From assembly GCA_963705255.1 (NCBI GenBank), contig OY970061.1:2368001-2432000 (forward strand): a stretch of 64,000 nucleotides of DNA, read 5' to 3'. Position 1 is the first letter of the stretch. Each line of letters begins with the position of its first letter. Both the position numbers and the translations under genes were made by a program. This stretch comes from an uncultured Methanoregulaceae archaeon. GTDB taxonomy: Archaea > Halobacteriota > Methanomicrobia > Methanomicrobiales > Methanospirillaceae. A model generated the notes under the pieces. That model had not been told where the DNA came from and ran no database searches. It saw only the letters and a program-made list of their open reading frames with translations. Positions 1 through 9,620 of the stretch are shown piece after piece.

Positions 1-1227
1 CTCAGGGAGTCAAACGAGCGTCTTGAACAGCGCGTCGCGGAGCGGACGTTGCAGCTGGAAAAAGCCGTGAATGTTGCGGGAGCCGAACGCAAGCGGCTGT
101 ACGACGTGCTCGATACCCTGCCGGCCTATGTCTGCCTGCTTGACGAAAATTACCATATGCCCTTTGCCAACCGGTACTTCCGGGAGACGTTCGGGGAATC
201 GCACGGCCGGTGCTGTTACGATTTCCTCTTCAACAAGACCGCGCCTTGCGAAACGTGTGAGACGTACACCGTCATGAAGACACGGGCGCCCCATCATTGG
301 TACTGGACCGGCCCGAACGGCAGGGATTACGACATCTACGACTTCCCCTTCGCTGACACGGACGGCTCGTTCCTGATCCTCGAGATGGGTATCGACATCA
401 CGGAGAGGAACAAGGCAGAAAAAGCCCTCCGGGAAGCGCACGATGTCCTCGAGGCCCGGGTGCAGGAACGGACAAAAGAACTCCGGCAGAAGAACGAAGA
501 CCTCAATGCGCTCAACGAAGAACACACCGCAACGCAGGAAGAGCTCCGGCAGAATCTCGAAGAACTCACCCTCAGGGAGGAGGATCTCAGTAAAGCGCTC
601 GCTGAAAAAGAGGTCCTCCTCTCCGAGATCCACCACCGGGTCAAGAACAACCTGACTGCATTCATCTCCCTGCTCAGCCTCGAAGGTGCCTACCAGGACA
701 CACCCGACGGGCGTGCGCTCCGCCTCGACCTGCAGAACCGGGCGCGGAGCATGGCGCTCGTCCACGAGACCCTGTACAGGACACATATGTATAATGAAGT
801 CGATATGGGGGTTTACCTCACAAACCTCATTGACCAGATTGAAAATTCGTTCAAGACACAACGATCGGTAAAAACAGTCGTCGACGCTCACGGGATCATG
901 CTCGATATCCCGCGGGCAACTCCTGCCGGGCTCATCGTCAACGAGCTGATGACCAACGCCCTCAAGCACGCCTTCCCCGAATCCGCCACGTGCGGGACAC
1001 CGGGGTCGGAACCGTGCACTTTCCGTGTCGAATTCGCCCAAAGCGACGGGTTCTATACGCTCTCGGTCAGCGACAACGGGATTGGTCTCCCGGCCTCGAT
1101 TGATATCAAAACAACGAAGTCCCTCGGGCTCAAGCTCGTGCACTTCCTCGCAAAGCACCAGCTCCGGGCCACCATTGACATCGACACGTCAGGCGGCACA
1201 AAATATACGTTCCGGTTCGAGGCGTAA
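1..1227 (+). CDS. PAS-domain sensor histidine kinase (HisKA_2 type), 5' end outside window
   Basis: Frame open from base 1; H-box EIHHRVKNNL, N-box NELMTNALKHAF, G1 DNGIG, G2 SLGL. Confidence 0.9.
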   Translation, partial: LRESNERLEQRVAERTLQLEKAVNVAGAERKRLYDVLDTLPAYVCLLDENYHMPFANRYFRETFGESHGRCCYDFLFNKTAPCETCETYTVMKTRAPHHWYWTGPNGRDYDIYDFPFADTDGSFLILEMGIDITERNKAEKALREAHDVLEARVQERTKELRQKNEDLNALNEEHTATQEELRQNLEELTLREEDLSKALAEKEVLLSEIHHRVKNNLTAFISLLSLEGAYQDTPDGRALRLDLQNRARSMALVHETLYRTHMYNEVDMGVYLTNLIDQIENSFKTQRSVKTVVDAHGIMLDIPRATPAGLIVNELMTNALKHAFPESATCGTPGSEPCTFRVEFAQSDGFYTLSVSDNGIGLPASIDIKTTKSLGLKLVHFLAKHQLRATIDIDTSGGTKYTFRFEA

Positions 1228-1368
1228 AGACTTTTTCCGGAGCCGGAAACGGCCGGATCCGGCCTCTTCTCTCGGAAAACTCCCCACAACCGCTATCATG
1301 CATCATGGTTGAAGAACAGGGTGCCACCATCCCAACCCCTAAATATGATCCAGCTCACATCACTGCCC

Positions 1369-1755
1369 ATGGCAAACATTGCATACTTCGATATCCCGGC
1401 CGACAACGTCGACCGCGCGAAGCACTTCTACCACGCCCTCCTCGGGTGGAAGATCGAACCGACCGCGGTTCCCATGGACTCTCCGAAGATGGCAGCGATG
1501 CAGTACCAGGATGTCACGACCGGCAAACCCCTAGAAGGGACCATGCATATGGGCGGACTGTACAAGCGGCAGATGAACGAGCCGATCAAAAACTACGTGA
1601 TGGTCGACGACATCGACAAGGTGCTCGCCAAGGTGGAGAAACTGGGAGGGAAGATTGCCATGCCGAAGGAGGAGATCAAGGGGGTCGGGCTGGTGGCGAT
1701 GATCCAGGACTCCGAAGGAAATATCATCGGCCTCTGGAAGCCGGCGATGCGGTAG
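1369..1755 (+). CDS. VOC/glyoxalase family protein
   Basis: YFDIPADNVDRAKHFY, VDDIDKVLAKVEKLGG, DSEGNIIGLW. Confidence 0.85.
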   Translation: MANIAYFDIPADNVDRAKHFYHALLGWKIEPTAVPMDSPKMAAMQYQDVTTGKPLEGTMHMGGLYKRQMNEPIKNYVMVDDIDKVLAKVEKLGGKIAMPKEEIKGVGLVAMIQDSEGNIIGLWKPAMR

Positions 1756-1827
1756 GCCCGGACCTGCCTTAAAATCCAGGCACTCCTAGGAGGAGCAGAC
1801 CGGCAAAAACCGTAAACCCTGTTCTGA

Positions 1828-2976
1828 CTACCGCTCCACAACCGACCGCATCAGCGCCATGATGCCCGGCTTCGCCTTCTTCCGGGGCGCACCGAACCCC
1901 ACCCCCGGCTCCTCGAACATCTCTTTGTTCAGCCGCTCGTTGAGCTCGTCGAAGATCCGCTTGTAGGCCGTGCAGTGGGGGTCAACCCCGTCGAGCGATC
2001 CGCCGGAGGGGGCGATCGCGTTGTAAGGGCAGCCTCCCCGGCAGTATTTGATGTGCGAACAGTCCCTGCAGGCCAGATCCACGTACTCAGAGAACGCCGT
2101 CATGCGCAGCCCGGGTCCGGACTGCATGAGGTCCTCCATCTTCGGGCGGTCCCGCACGTTGCCCATCACCCACTCCGGCATCCCGACAAAGCGGTAGCAG
2201 GGGTAGATGCTCCCGTCGGGGCCGATGGCGAACGTGTTGCCCATGCAGTTGACGAACGTGCAGACACTCCCCCGCCGGGTGAAGACGCAGCGGCAGAGGT
2301 CGTTGATGTTCATGACTTCCATAGTGCCGATATTTTCCAGCGACTTGTCGAGGAGGTAGACGAGAAGTTCGCCGTATTCCGCCGGTTCGAGCGCCCACTC
2401 CTTCGGGTTCTCCGAGCGGAGCGATGGGAGGGCAGGGTGCAGTTTCAGGACGAACCCTTTCTCCCTGAAAAAACTGAAGATCTCTTCCCGGTGTTTCACT
2501 GATTTGTTGGTGAACGTGCAGATGAACCGGACAAAAAGACCGTGGGATCTCGCGATCCCGTAACCCTTCATGCACTTTTCATAGTACCCCGCCCCCCGCT
2601 GGGAATCCGTGATCTCCTCCGGGCCGTCGATGCTGGAGCCGATGGGTATCCGGTACTCTGCGAGGACCTCTGCGATCTCCGGGGTCATCCGCCAGAGGTT
2701 CGTCTGCATCGCAAACTCGGGGGTGAGTTCCTTCAGCTCCCCCGCGAGCAGGGGCAGGGCCTGCCGGTAAAAATCAGCTCCTGCAAGGAGCGGCTCCCCG
2801 CCGTGGAAGGTGAAGGTGACCCGGTCGGAACGGAAATTTTTGAGCCAGACCACGACTTCCTTTACCGTGTCGATGCTCATGATTGGAGATCCTTCCTCCG
2901 AGCTCCAGCAGTACCTGCACTTGGACGGGCACCCGAGCGTCGGGATGAGCATGATGTGGAAAGGGCTCTTCATCAC
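1828..2976 (-). CDS. Radical SAM/SPASM enzyme, methanogen peptide-modifying type (TIGR04083-like)
   Basis: CPSKCRYC, FHGGEPLL, SPASM Cys array (CxxCxxxxxCxGGC); N-terminus PFHIMLIPTLGC. Confidence 0.8.
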   Translation of the reverse strand: MMKSPFHIMLIPTLGCPSKCRYCWSSEEGSPIMSIDTVKEVVVWLKNFRSDRVTFTFHGGEPLLAGADFYRQALPLLAGELKELTPEFAMQTNLWRMTPEIAEVLAEYRIPIGSSIDGPEEITDSQRGAGYYEKCMKGYGIARSHGLFVRFICTFTNKSVKHREEIFSFFREKGFVLKLHPALPSLRSENPKEWALEPAEYGELLVYLLDKSLENIGTMEVMNINDLCRCVFTRRGSVCTFVNCMGNTFAIGPDGSIYPCYRFVGMPEWVMGNVRDRPKMEDLMQSGPGLRMTAFSEYVDLACRDCSHIKYCRGGCPYNAIAPSGGSLDGVDPHCTAYKRIFDELNERLNKEMFEEPGVGFGAPRKKAKPGIMALMRSVVER

Positions 2977-3131
2977 CCAGTTTTTCCCTCCGTCAGGGTA
3001 TAAGGGTTATCATCTTTCCCGTTCAGACGAAAGCGGATCCGATGGGGGACGTTACCCGCCGGTTTTTTAGCCTACGCAACAACAGTACCTTGATACATCC
3101 AGTCACCGATTGGTCTGAAAACCGTCCGGAG

Positions 3132-3910
3132 ATGATCACCCACGGTTGAAAAAAAGACGATATCCATCTCATCGGATCCCGTTTTCCTGGAGGAATTATC
3201 TGAATACCTCGAGGCGCTCTCAAATCCCCTGCGGCTGAAGATCCTCACGTTCATCGGGCGCGAACCCCGTGAGATCACGGCGATTGCAGAACATACCGGC
3301 ATGAGCTACCAGAACACCAAAAAACACCTCGACCGTCTGGTCAGTACGGGCCTTGTGCAGAGGGCAGCCGGGTTCGGGAGGGAGACGGACCGCGGCATTG
3401 CCCCGGTCTGGAAATACTCCCTTGCAGAAGGGGGCCTTGAGAACATCACCCGCACGCTGGGCGTCTTTTCCAGTATTGTGACGCCCCTCGGGTACAGCGA
3501 CATACGGGAGCGGATCAGGGCCGTGCGGTCAGCGCTCGCTGGGAACGGTGAAGAGGCAGGACCGATCCTGTACGTGATCGGCGGTGCTGCGGACGGGAAA
3601 GCATTTGTCCTGAAAAAGGAGCGGACCCCGGTGGGGCGCGAGGACCCTGAGCACCCACCCGCTGGAGACGCCGGGGTCGTCGTCCTGCCGGACGAGTACC
3701 CGGGCGGTGACAAGAGTGACAAAACCCCATGCGGTCCTGATCCGGACTCCTGAGTCCTGGCAGATCGAGGACAACGCAAGCACTGGCGGGACGTTCGTCA
3801 ACTCGCGGCGCCTGGACCCCTTGAAAAGGACGAAGCTTGCAAACGGCGACGTGATCGACCTGTCGGTCGGTGCGAACGCCGCACGGTTCCTGTTCATTTC
3901 GGATGAGTGA
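3132..3910 (+). CDS. ArsR-type HTH + C-terminal FHA domain protein (apparent frameshifts near 3135 and 3700)
   Basis: LEALSNPLRLKIL...TKKHLDRLVSTGLV wHTH; FHA motifs VGR, VTRVTKPHA, STGGTFVN split over two frames. Confidence 0.75.
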
Positions 3911-5237
3911 TGGGCTGATGGGAGACGACAACCGGAAAAAACCTGCACGGCACATACCAGGCCCCTCCGTGCGGGAGACCTTCGTGCTCCTGTCCCTTTC
4001 GGTGCTGGTGCTCATGGTTGTACCGGCCGCGGCACTCATCCCTGTGGGCATGGTAAACGACCCGGCCGTTTCCTCCGGCAGCGCCTCCATCAGGGACCCG
4101 GGTGCAGGGGCGTCCCGGATAGTAGCAGCATCCAATACCCCCTTCAATGTGCATCCGGTCCCGACACCACCTCCCGCCCGGCTGAACCGGACCTCCCTTC
4201 TCCAGCTGGCTGCACGAGCTGTGGCTGAACGGCCGAGAGTGGCGTTCATTCTCATCGTCGCTCTCGCCCTCATCGGGCTTGGGGCAGTCCTGTACCTCCT
4301 CTTCCGCAGCAGGAGACGACCGTTTTGGGGAAGGGGGAAAAGCGCAAAAGGACCGCCGGGTCATGCCACCGTCATCGAGGCGCCGCCCGCTTCAAAGCCG
4401 GCGGGAGGAACCACCGCCGGGTATCCGGAGCCTGCCGTACCGTTTCCCCCGTCGCTGGAGAAACGGTTCCTCAGCCCTGTCTTTATCGGGGAGGGGGGGC
4501 TTGCCCGGATCTTCCGTGCGGAGAACGCAAAGACGCATCAGACCGTTGCCGTCAAGATACCCGTACGGTTCGACGAGGTCACCGGCACCCACTTCACCCG
4601 GGACATCGTATTCTGGCAGGGCCTCGAACACCCGAACATCATCAGGATCTTCTCCTCCAACATCCTCCCCGTCCCCTACATAGAGATGGAATATGCACCC
4701 TCATCCCTTGCAGCCCTCCCCCTTCCGCTGCCGGAGGAGAGAGCGGTTGGGATGGTACTGGGGATTGCCCACGGGCTTGCCTACGCCCACTCCAGGGGGA
4801 TCGTCCACCGGGACATCAAGCCGGAGAACATCCTGATCGCTGCCGACGGAACCCCGAAGATCACCGACTGGGGCCTTGGCAGGGCCATCGGCGACACCCG
4901 CCAGTCCAGTATGATCGGCTACTCACCGGCATATGCCGCCCCGGAACAGATCGCACCCCGGCGGTATGGCAGGCCCGGTCCGGCGACGGACATCTACCAG
5001 CTCGGGATGCTCCTCTACGAGATGCTGACCGGCTCCGTTGCGTTCGACAGCAAGGGGATGCATGACCTGAACCTGGCAATCCTGAACGACTTGCCTGTCC
5101 TGCCTTCATGGCATGGCAGTCATGAAAAGGAGCTCAGGGAGATCATCATGAGGTGCCTTGCGAAACGACCGGAAGAGCGGTATGGGTCGGTTGCGGACCT
5201 TATCCGGGCCCTCGAGTCGATCCGGTTCCCTGCGTAA
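3903..5237 (+). CDS. Membrane-anchored Hanks-type Ser/Thr protein kinase
   Basis: Two hydrophobic segments, then GEGGLA, VAVK, HRDIKPEN, DWG, YAAPEQ, DIYQLG. Confidence 0.9.
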   Translation: MSDGLMGDDNRKKPARHIPGPSVRETFVLLSLSVLVLMVVPAAALIPVGMVNDPAVSSGSASIRDPGAGASRIVAASNTPFNVHPVPTPPPARLNRTSLLQLAARAVAERPRVAFILIVALALIGLGAVLYLLFRSRRRPFWGRGKSAKGPPGHATVIEAPPASKPAGGTTAGYPEPAVPFPPSLEKRFLSPVFIGEGGLARIFRAENAKTHQTVAVKIPVRFDEVTGTHFTRDIVFWQGLEHPNIIRIFSSNILPVPYIEMEYAPSSLAALPLPLPEERAVGMVLGIAHGLAYAHSRGIVHRDIKPENILIAADGTPKITDWGLGRAIGDTRQSSMIGYSPAYAAPEQIAPRRYGRPGPATDIYQLGMLLYEMLTGSVAFDSKGMHDLNLAILNDLPVLPSWHGSHEKELREIIMRCLAKRPEERYGSVADLIRALESIRFPA

Positions 5238-5310
5238 ATGCGTACCAAAAAAGCCGGGCCGGCAGGGTATCGGGCAAAAAAAATTATCAGGGTGATTATC
5301 GTCGCCGTTG

Positions 5311-6906
5311 TCAGTCGCGCTTCTCGTCTTCGGTAACCTGTGCAAGGATCTCCGCGGTCGGACCGATCCCGATGATCTTCCCGCCCCGCATCATTGCCAG
5401 CCGGTCGCAGATATCCCTGACGAAATCCATGTCGTGAGAGACCACGATGAAGGTCTCATCCATCTCGTCGCGGGCATGCAGGATGGAGTGTTTCACGTCC
5501 TGCTTGGTGATCGGATCCATGGTGCCGGTCGGCTCATCGAGGATAACGAGGCGCGGCTCCCGTATGAGCACTTGCGCAAGGGCAACGCGGTGGCGTTCCC
5601 CATCGGATAGTTCGCCCGGGAACCGGTTCAGGATCTCCCTGGATTTCTCTTCGGTGAACCCGGACATCCGGAGCGTGACAATCGCTTTCCGTATCGCGAG
5701 TTCCTTGGGGAACTCCAGGCCGATCGAGTCGGTCAGGTTGTCGAGCACGGTCCTGTGGGGGAAGAGGTCATATTCCTGGTGGAGGAGCCCGATATACTCC
5801 TTCGCCCTTCCCCGCTCTTCAATCCCTGGTTTTGTCATGTCCACCCAGGTATCGCCGATCAGGATGTTCATCTCCCCCCCCGTGGGTTCGATGATACCGG
5901 AGATGATCTGCGAGAGTGTCGTCTTGCCGGCCCCGCTTTTCCCGATGATGCCGAAGATCTCCTTCCTTGCGACATCGAACGTCACGCTGTTCACGGCCTT
6001 GATTACGCCACGATCAACCGAGATGTAGCGCTTGGATATGTCCCGGGCGGCGAGGATCTTCTCCCCGAGTTCGGGTGGCGCCGATTCCTCGATGTCATGA
6101 TAGTCCCGCGTAAACGAGCGGATGACCTGCTTTGGCGAGCCGATTGAGGCGATTTCGCCATCCGCCAGCAGGATTGCGCGGTGCGCCATGTCCTCGATCA
6201 CCTGCGAGAAATGCGAGGTCACGACCATGCCCATCGTGGTGCGCTTCGCTGCTTCGGTCAGCATCCCGTGTACCAGCCGGGCGGTTTCCGGATCGAGCGT
6301 GCCCGTGGGCTCATCGGCAAAGAGCATGGCCGGGTTCTTGGCCAGCTGCCGGGCAAGCACCACCCGTTGTTTTTCCCCACCGGAAAGGTCGCGGGCGATG
6401 TGCATCATCCGGTGGGAGAGTCTCACCTGGTCGATGAGGTCGGCAGCCCGGTTGATCGCGTGTTCAGGCGGGTAACGGATGTCATCGAGTGCATGGAGAA
6501 CGTTCTCGATCACCCGGTCGTCACCGTACAGGGCGAACGTGCGCTGGAACATGATTGCGGTCCGGTTCATGACCCGGGACTTCATGCCGTCGCTCTTTTC
6601 GTCCCAGAGATTGACATCGGCAGCCACGAGTTCGCCCCCGCACTCGGGACAGGTGGTGCCGGCACGGCTCTGGACATCCATGAAGGTACAGCGGTTGCAG
6701 GCAGCCATGTGGTAGACGATCGAGCCGCTGGTCGGCGGCCGCTCAACACCCCTGAGGAGGTGCATGAGCACGCTTTTGCCGGCCCCGCTCCTCCCTATCA
6801 CCCCGACGATCTCCCCTTCCGGGATCTCGAACGACACCCTGTTCAGGACACGGGTGTCGTCGAAGTCCATGCAGAGGTCGTTTACGCTGATGAATGGTTT
6901 TGGCAT
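5311..6906 (-). CDS. atwA: Methyl-coenzyme M reductase system component A2 (dual ABC ATPase)
   Basis: Two Walker A (GRSGAGKS, GKSGAGKT), Zn ribbon insert CxxC...CxxC, HRMMHIARDLSGGEKQR. Confidence 0.9.
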   Translation of the reverse strand: MPKPFISVNDLCMDFDDTRVLNRVSFEIPEGEIVGVIGRSGAGKSVLMHLLRGVERPPTSGSIVYHMAACNRCTFMDVQSRAGTTCPECGGELVAADVNLWDEKSDGMKSRVMNRTAIMFQRTFALYGDDRVIENVLHALDDIRYPPEHAINRAADLIDQVRLSHRMMHIARDLSGGEKQRVVLARQLAKNPAMLFADEPTGTLDPETARLVHGMLTEAAKRTTMGMVVTSHFSQVIEDMAHRAILLADGEIASIGSPKQVIRSFTRDYHDIEESAPPELGEKILAARDISKRYISVDRGVIKAVNSVTFDVARKEIFGIIGKSGAGKTTLSQIISGIIEPTGGEMNILIGDTWVDMTKPGIEERGRAKEYIGLLHQEYDLFPHRTVLDNLTDSIGLEFPKELAIRKAIVTLRMSGFTEEKSREILNRFPGELSDGERHRVALAQVLIREPRLVILDEPTGTMDPITKQDVKHSILHARDEMDETFIVVSHDMDFVRDICDRLAMMRGGKIIGIGPTAEILAQVTEDEKRD

Positions 6907-6936
6907 GATCTTCTCTCCCCGGAGTCCGGCTATTTA

Positions 6937-7074
6937 TCAGGTCTCTCTCTCCTCTGGCAGATCCGGATCCGTATCCTGTCGCGGGCACCTGTCAGCGTCC
7001 TGCCTGCAGGGTCCTCGTCCCCGTCCGATGATCCGTCCCCGTTTCAGCGGTCCTGTTCCATCAAAGTCCGGCAT
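6937..7074 (-). CDS. DUF5320-like small protein (45 aa, absent from ORF track)
   Basis: Manual translation MPDFDGTGPLKRGRIIGRGRGPCRQDADRCPRQDTDPDLPEERET; MPxxDGTGP...GRGRGxC signature. Confidence 0.75.
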   Translation of the reverse strand: MPDFDGTGPLKRGRIIGRGRGPCRQDADRCPRQDTDPDLPEERET

Positions 7075-7107
7075 CAGCTTGTGCTCCGTATCGTAGTTAC
7101 GTAATAT

Positions 7108-7123
7108 TTACACATATGCGCAT
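7108..7123. promoter_or_regulatory. Putative operator TTACACATATGCGCAT
   Basis: Variant of the palindrome at 7998; 34 bp upstream of a minus-strand start codon. Confidence 0.6.
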
Positions 7124-7243
7124 AAAGATTTACGCATAGCGGATCACGAAAAAGAATTGAGCGGGAGGGCCGCCGCCTCCGTCACCGCATCGGTGCCGGC
7201 ACTCCGGGCCCGCCCTTCGGCAGAATGATATGGTCGCAGCTTG

Positions 7244-7960
7244 TTATTTCGAACCGGCTGCACCGACCACGATGGGAAGTGCTGAAATAATCTCGGGGAG
7301 CATCTCGGCCGGCAGACCCATGACCATCTCGTCATCGGCAATCCCGGAGAATCTCCTCGACCCGTCACAGCCGAGCGAGAAGTTCGGTCGTCCGGTCAGG
7401 TAGGTCTGGGCTGTTGCGTCCGAGCAGACCGACTGGATGCCGGAGAACTCGGCATAAATTCTCCCGCCGAGCCGGAAGAGCGAACTCTGCGCAAGTTTGA
7501 GCATTATCCGGGGGTTCGCGACGATCAGGATGACCTGGGGGGTGAACGGGGTCTTCTCCAGCGGGGCATAGAGCGTTGCATACGTATCGCCCGGGTTGAG
7601 GTGGGAGACCTTGTCGATCGTCCGCTTGCAGGCCGCAGCACTGTCAAACTTTCCCAGTTTGAAATAGAACTCCCCGCTCTTCAACGTCGGGGTTATCTCG
7701 CGGAGCCCCAGCGACCAGGCACCGCCGTTACACTCGTGCTTTCCCGACGTCGCGTAGAAAATCTTCCCTTCGGTTCTTGCCAGGTTCACCATCGAACAGT
7801 GCCGGATGGTCTTGTCGAGTTCTTCCATCCCGGCCGGGATCTCTTCTTTTGTTGTTGCGAATTTGAGTGCAACAGGGGATCCTTTGAGCCCGAGTACTCT
7901 TTTGAGCGTCACTGCTGCTTCAGGATAATCTATGGCTATTTTCATTGGTTCGTTGCTCAT
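7244..7960 (-). CDS. DUF169 family protein
   Basis: RHCSMV, HECNGGAWSLG, FSGIQSVCSD, SLGCDGSR. Confidence 0.8.
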   Translation of the reverse strand: MSNEPMKIAIDYPEAAVTLKRVLGLKGSPVALKFATTKEEIPAGMEELDKTIRHCSMVNLARTEGKIFYATSGKHECNGGAWSLGLREITPTLKSGEFYFKLGKFDSAAACKRTIDKVSHLNPGDTYATLYAPLEKTPFTPQVILIVANPRIMLKLAQSSLFRLGGRIYAEFSGIQSVCSDATAQTYLTGRPNFSLGCDGSRRFSGIADDEMVMGLPAEMLPEIISALPIVVGAAGSK

Positions 7961-7997
7961 ATCGTTACCTCAAGCCTCCCGTTATGGAATGCCACAA

Positions 7998-8013
7998 TTA
8001 CCCATATGGGTAA
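7998..8013. promoter_or_regulatory. Putative operator, perfect palindrome TTACCCATATGGGTAA
   Basis: 16-bp perfect inverted repeat just downstream of minus-strand TATA-like TTTAAGTA, 38 bp from DUF169 start. Confidence 0.7.
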
Positions 8014-8072
8014 AAATACTTAAACGTACGTAAGCGCGCAAAAAATGATTTTACGGGAGTCGCAGAGACCCC

Positions 8073-8465
8073 TTACCGCGGGCATTTCGGGCATCGTCCT
8101 TCAGACGCTTTCCGGCAGCCTGCCATCTCGATACTCTTCCCGTTGACGAGTGCATCGGCAATCTTGCGACGGGTTTCGTGCAGGTCGCGCCACGCCGTCT
8201 TGCGCGAGACCCCGAGTTTTTCTGCGGCCTCTTCCTGTTCAAGTCCTTCGAGGTCGATGAGCCGTATCAGTTCGATCTCTTCAGGCTGAAGCGAGATACC
8301 CGTTCCTTCCTGCTCCGGGCAACAGCAGGGGGTGTAACAGCATGATTCTGACGTACTGTTGATGGTGCGCCTGAGCCGCGGCCTTCCCCGCCGGGGACAC
8401 GGTGTCTCCACGTTACTGTCGCTGGTCAATTGCTCTCCCTTACGGATCAATATGGCATCCTTCAT
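8073..8465 (-). CDS. DUF134 (UPF0251) HTH DNA-binding protein
   Basis: RGRPR...EEIELIRLIDLEGLEQEEAAEKLGVSRKT...KIADALVNGK. Confidence 0.85.
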   Translation of the reverse strand: MKDAILIRKGEQLTSDSNVETPCPRRGRPRLRRTINSTSESCCYTPCCCPEQEGTGISLQPEEIELIRLIDLEGLEQEEAAEKLGVSRKTAWRDLHETRRKIADALVNGKSIEMAGCRKASEGRCPKCPR

Positions 8466-8468
8466 GAT

Positions 8469-8801
8469 TTAACGTTCGTATGGATTCTCATAAAAATGCA
8501 TTCCGGACTTCGCGGCAGGGAGTTTTTTCGGGATCCGGAGCGTCTTTTCCACCCGGTATCTCCCGACAAAGCGGTACGGATCGGAAGGATCCCGTACCCT
8601 CTCGATTTTTGTCACCCTGTACGGGCAGAGGTACGTCGGGTTCTGGTAAATCCGCTGGAAATACCCGGCTATGACCGGGGAACACCTTTTTTTCAGGTGA
8701 AAATAGGAGCGGAATTCCTGGACGGTGACCCAACGCTCCGACCGGGGGTCTGCCTCCATATAGTCTTTGAGCAGTTCGTAGATCTCCGGATGACTGGTCA
8801 T
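8469..8801 (-). CDS. Hypothetical protein
   Basis: 110-aa ORF packed 3 bp upstream of the DUF134 ORF. Confidence 0.55.
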   Translation of the reverse strand: MTSHPEIYELLKDYMEADPRSERWVTVQEFRSYFHLKKRCSPVIAGYFQRIYQNPTYLCPYRVTKIERVRDPSDPYRFVGRYRVEKTLRIPKKLPAAKSGMHFYENPYER

Positions 8802-8855
8802 AGCCGCGACAGAGGGTCAGGAATTGTCATGGCAGGGACCGGATCTGACACCGGA

Positions 8856-9086
8856 TCACTGACACCTCGGCCCGTGGCCGCAGCGGTGCTGGTTGCCCTT
8901 CGGGAGAAAGCCTGACTCGCAGCAGCAGGTATCGCCGAATTTTTTGGGAGACGTGCATTCTTCACGGTGGCTGGGGGTGCCCGGGCGGTGCCGGTGCTGT
9001 TCTCCGCACGCGCAGGTGTGCAGGGTAGTAGATTCGTCGTCGGTTTTTTGGATATCACTGGGTGGTTGCTGTGTATCTTCTGGCAT
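8856..9086 (-). CDS. Small Cys/His-rich protein (76 aa)
   Basis: GGTGA RBS-like site and operator upstream; HTCACGEQHRH, CCC, HRCGH motifs. Confidence 0.6.
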   Translation of the reverse strand: MPEDTQQPPSDIQKTDDESTTLHTCACGEQHRHRPGTPSHREECTSPKKFGDTCCCESGFLPKGNQHRCGHGPRCQ

Positions 9087-9119
9087 GTGTTCACCAACCG
9101 TACGGTTGCCGTACGATAA

Positions 9120-9135
9120 TTACTCATATGCGCAT
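9120..9135. promoter_or_regulatory. Putative operator TTACTCATATGCGCAT
   Basis: Same motif and same spacing to minus-strand TATA-like TTTAAACA; 34 bp from start codon. Confidence 0.65.
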
Positions 9136-9219
9136 AAATGTTTAAAACCTTGTTATCCGGGCACTCCCTTCCGAAGCGGAATGAACCGGTATCCCAATCC
9201 GGTGCAAACGGAGAACGTT

Positions 9220-9552
9220 TCAACCCCAGATCGGGTCATTCCCGAACCGGTTCATCCAGAACTCCCGGGAGTCATAGTCAGTGCCTTTCCTGATATCTTC
9301 TGCAAGAAACGAGATCTCATAATTCATGCTGTACTCCACCAGGATGTCATACGCTTCCCTGATACGGATAAACGTCTCGTGGGAGAGATCAGGATCGTGA
9401 CCGGAAACATCCGGGTGCCACTCTTTGGCCAGTTCCCGGAAACGGGCGTGTATCCCATTCAGGCTTCCCCTGCCGGGGATACCAAGGACTTCGGCAGCTT
9501 CCGGAACGGTCATGGTCGGCCGGGTTGTCATCAGGAAACTGTTAGTGAACAC
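9220..9552 (-). CDS. J-domain (DnaJ-like) small protein
   Basis: AAEVLG...FRELAKEWHPD...IREAYDIL. Confidence 0.8.
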   Translation of the reverse strand: MFTNSFLMTTRPTMTVPEAAEVLGIPGRGSLNGIHARFRELAKEWHPDVSGHDPDLSHETFIRIREAYDILVEYSMNYEISFLAEDIRKGTDYDSREFWMNRFGNDPIWG

Positions 9553-9620
9553 CCTCCATAATAATTTCCGGTATCCCGGGCGAAAACGAAAGAACTAATC
9601 TCTGACCTGCCCGATGGTTC

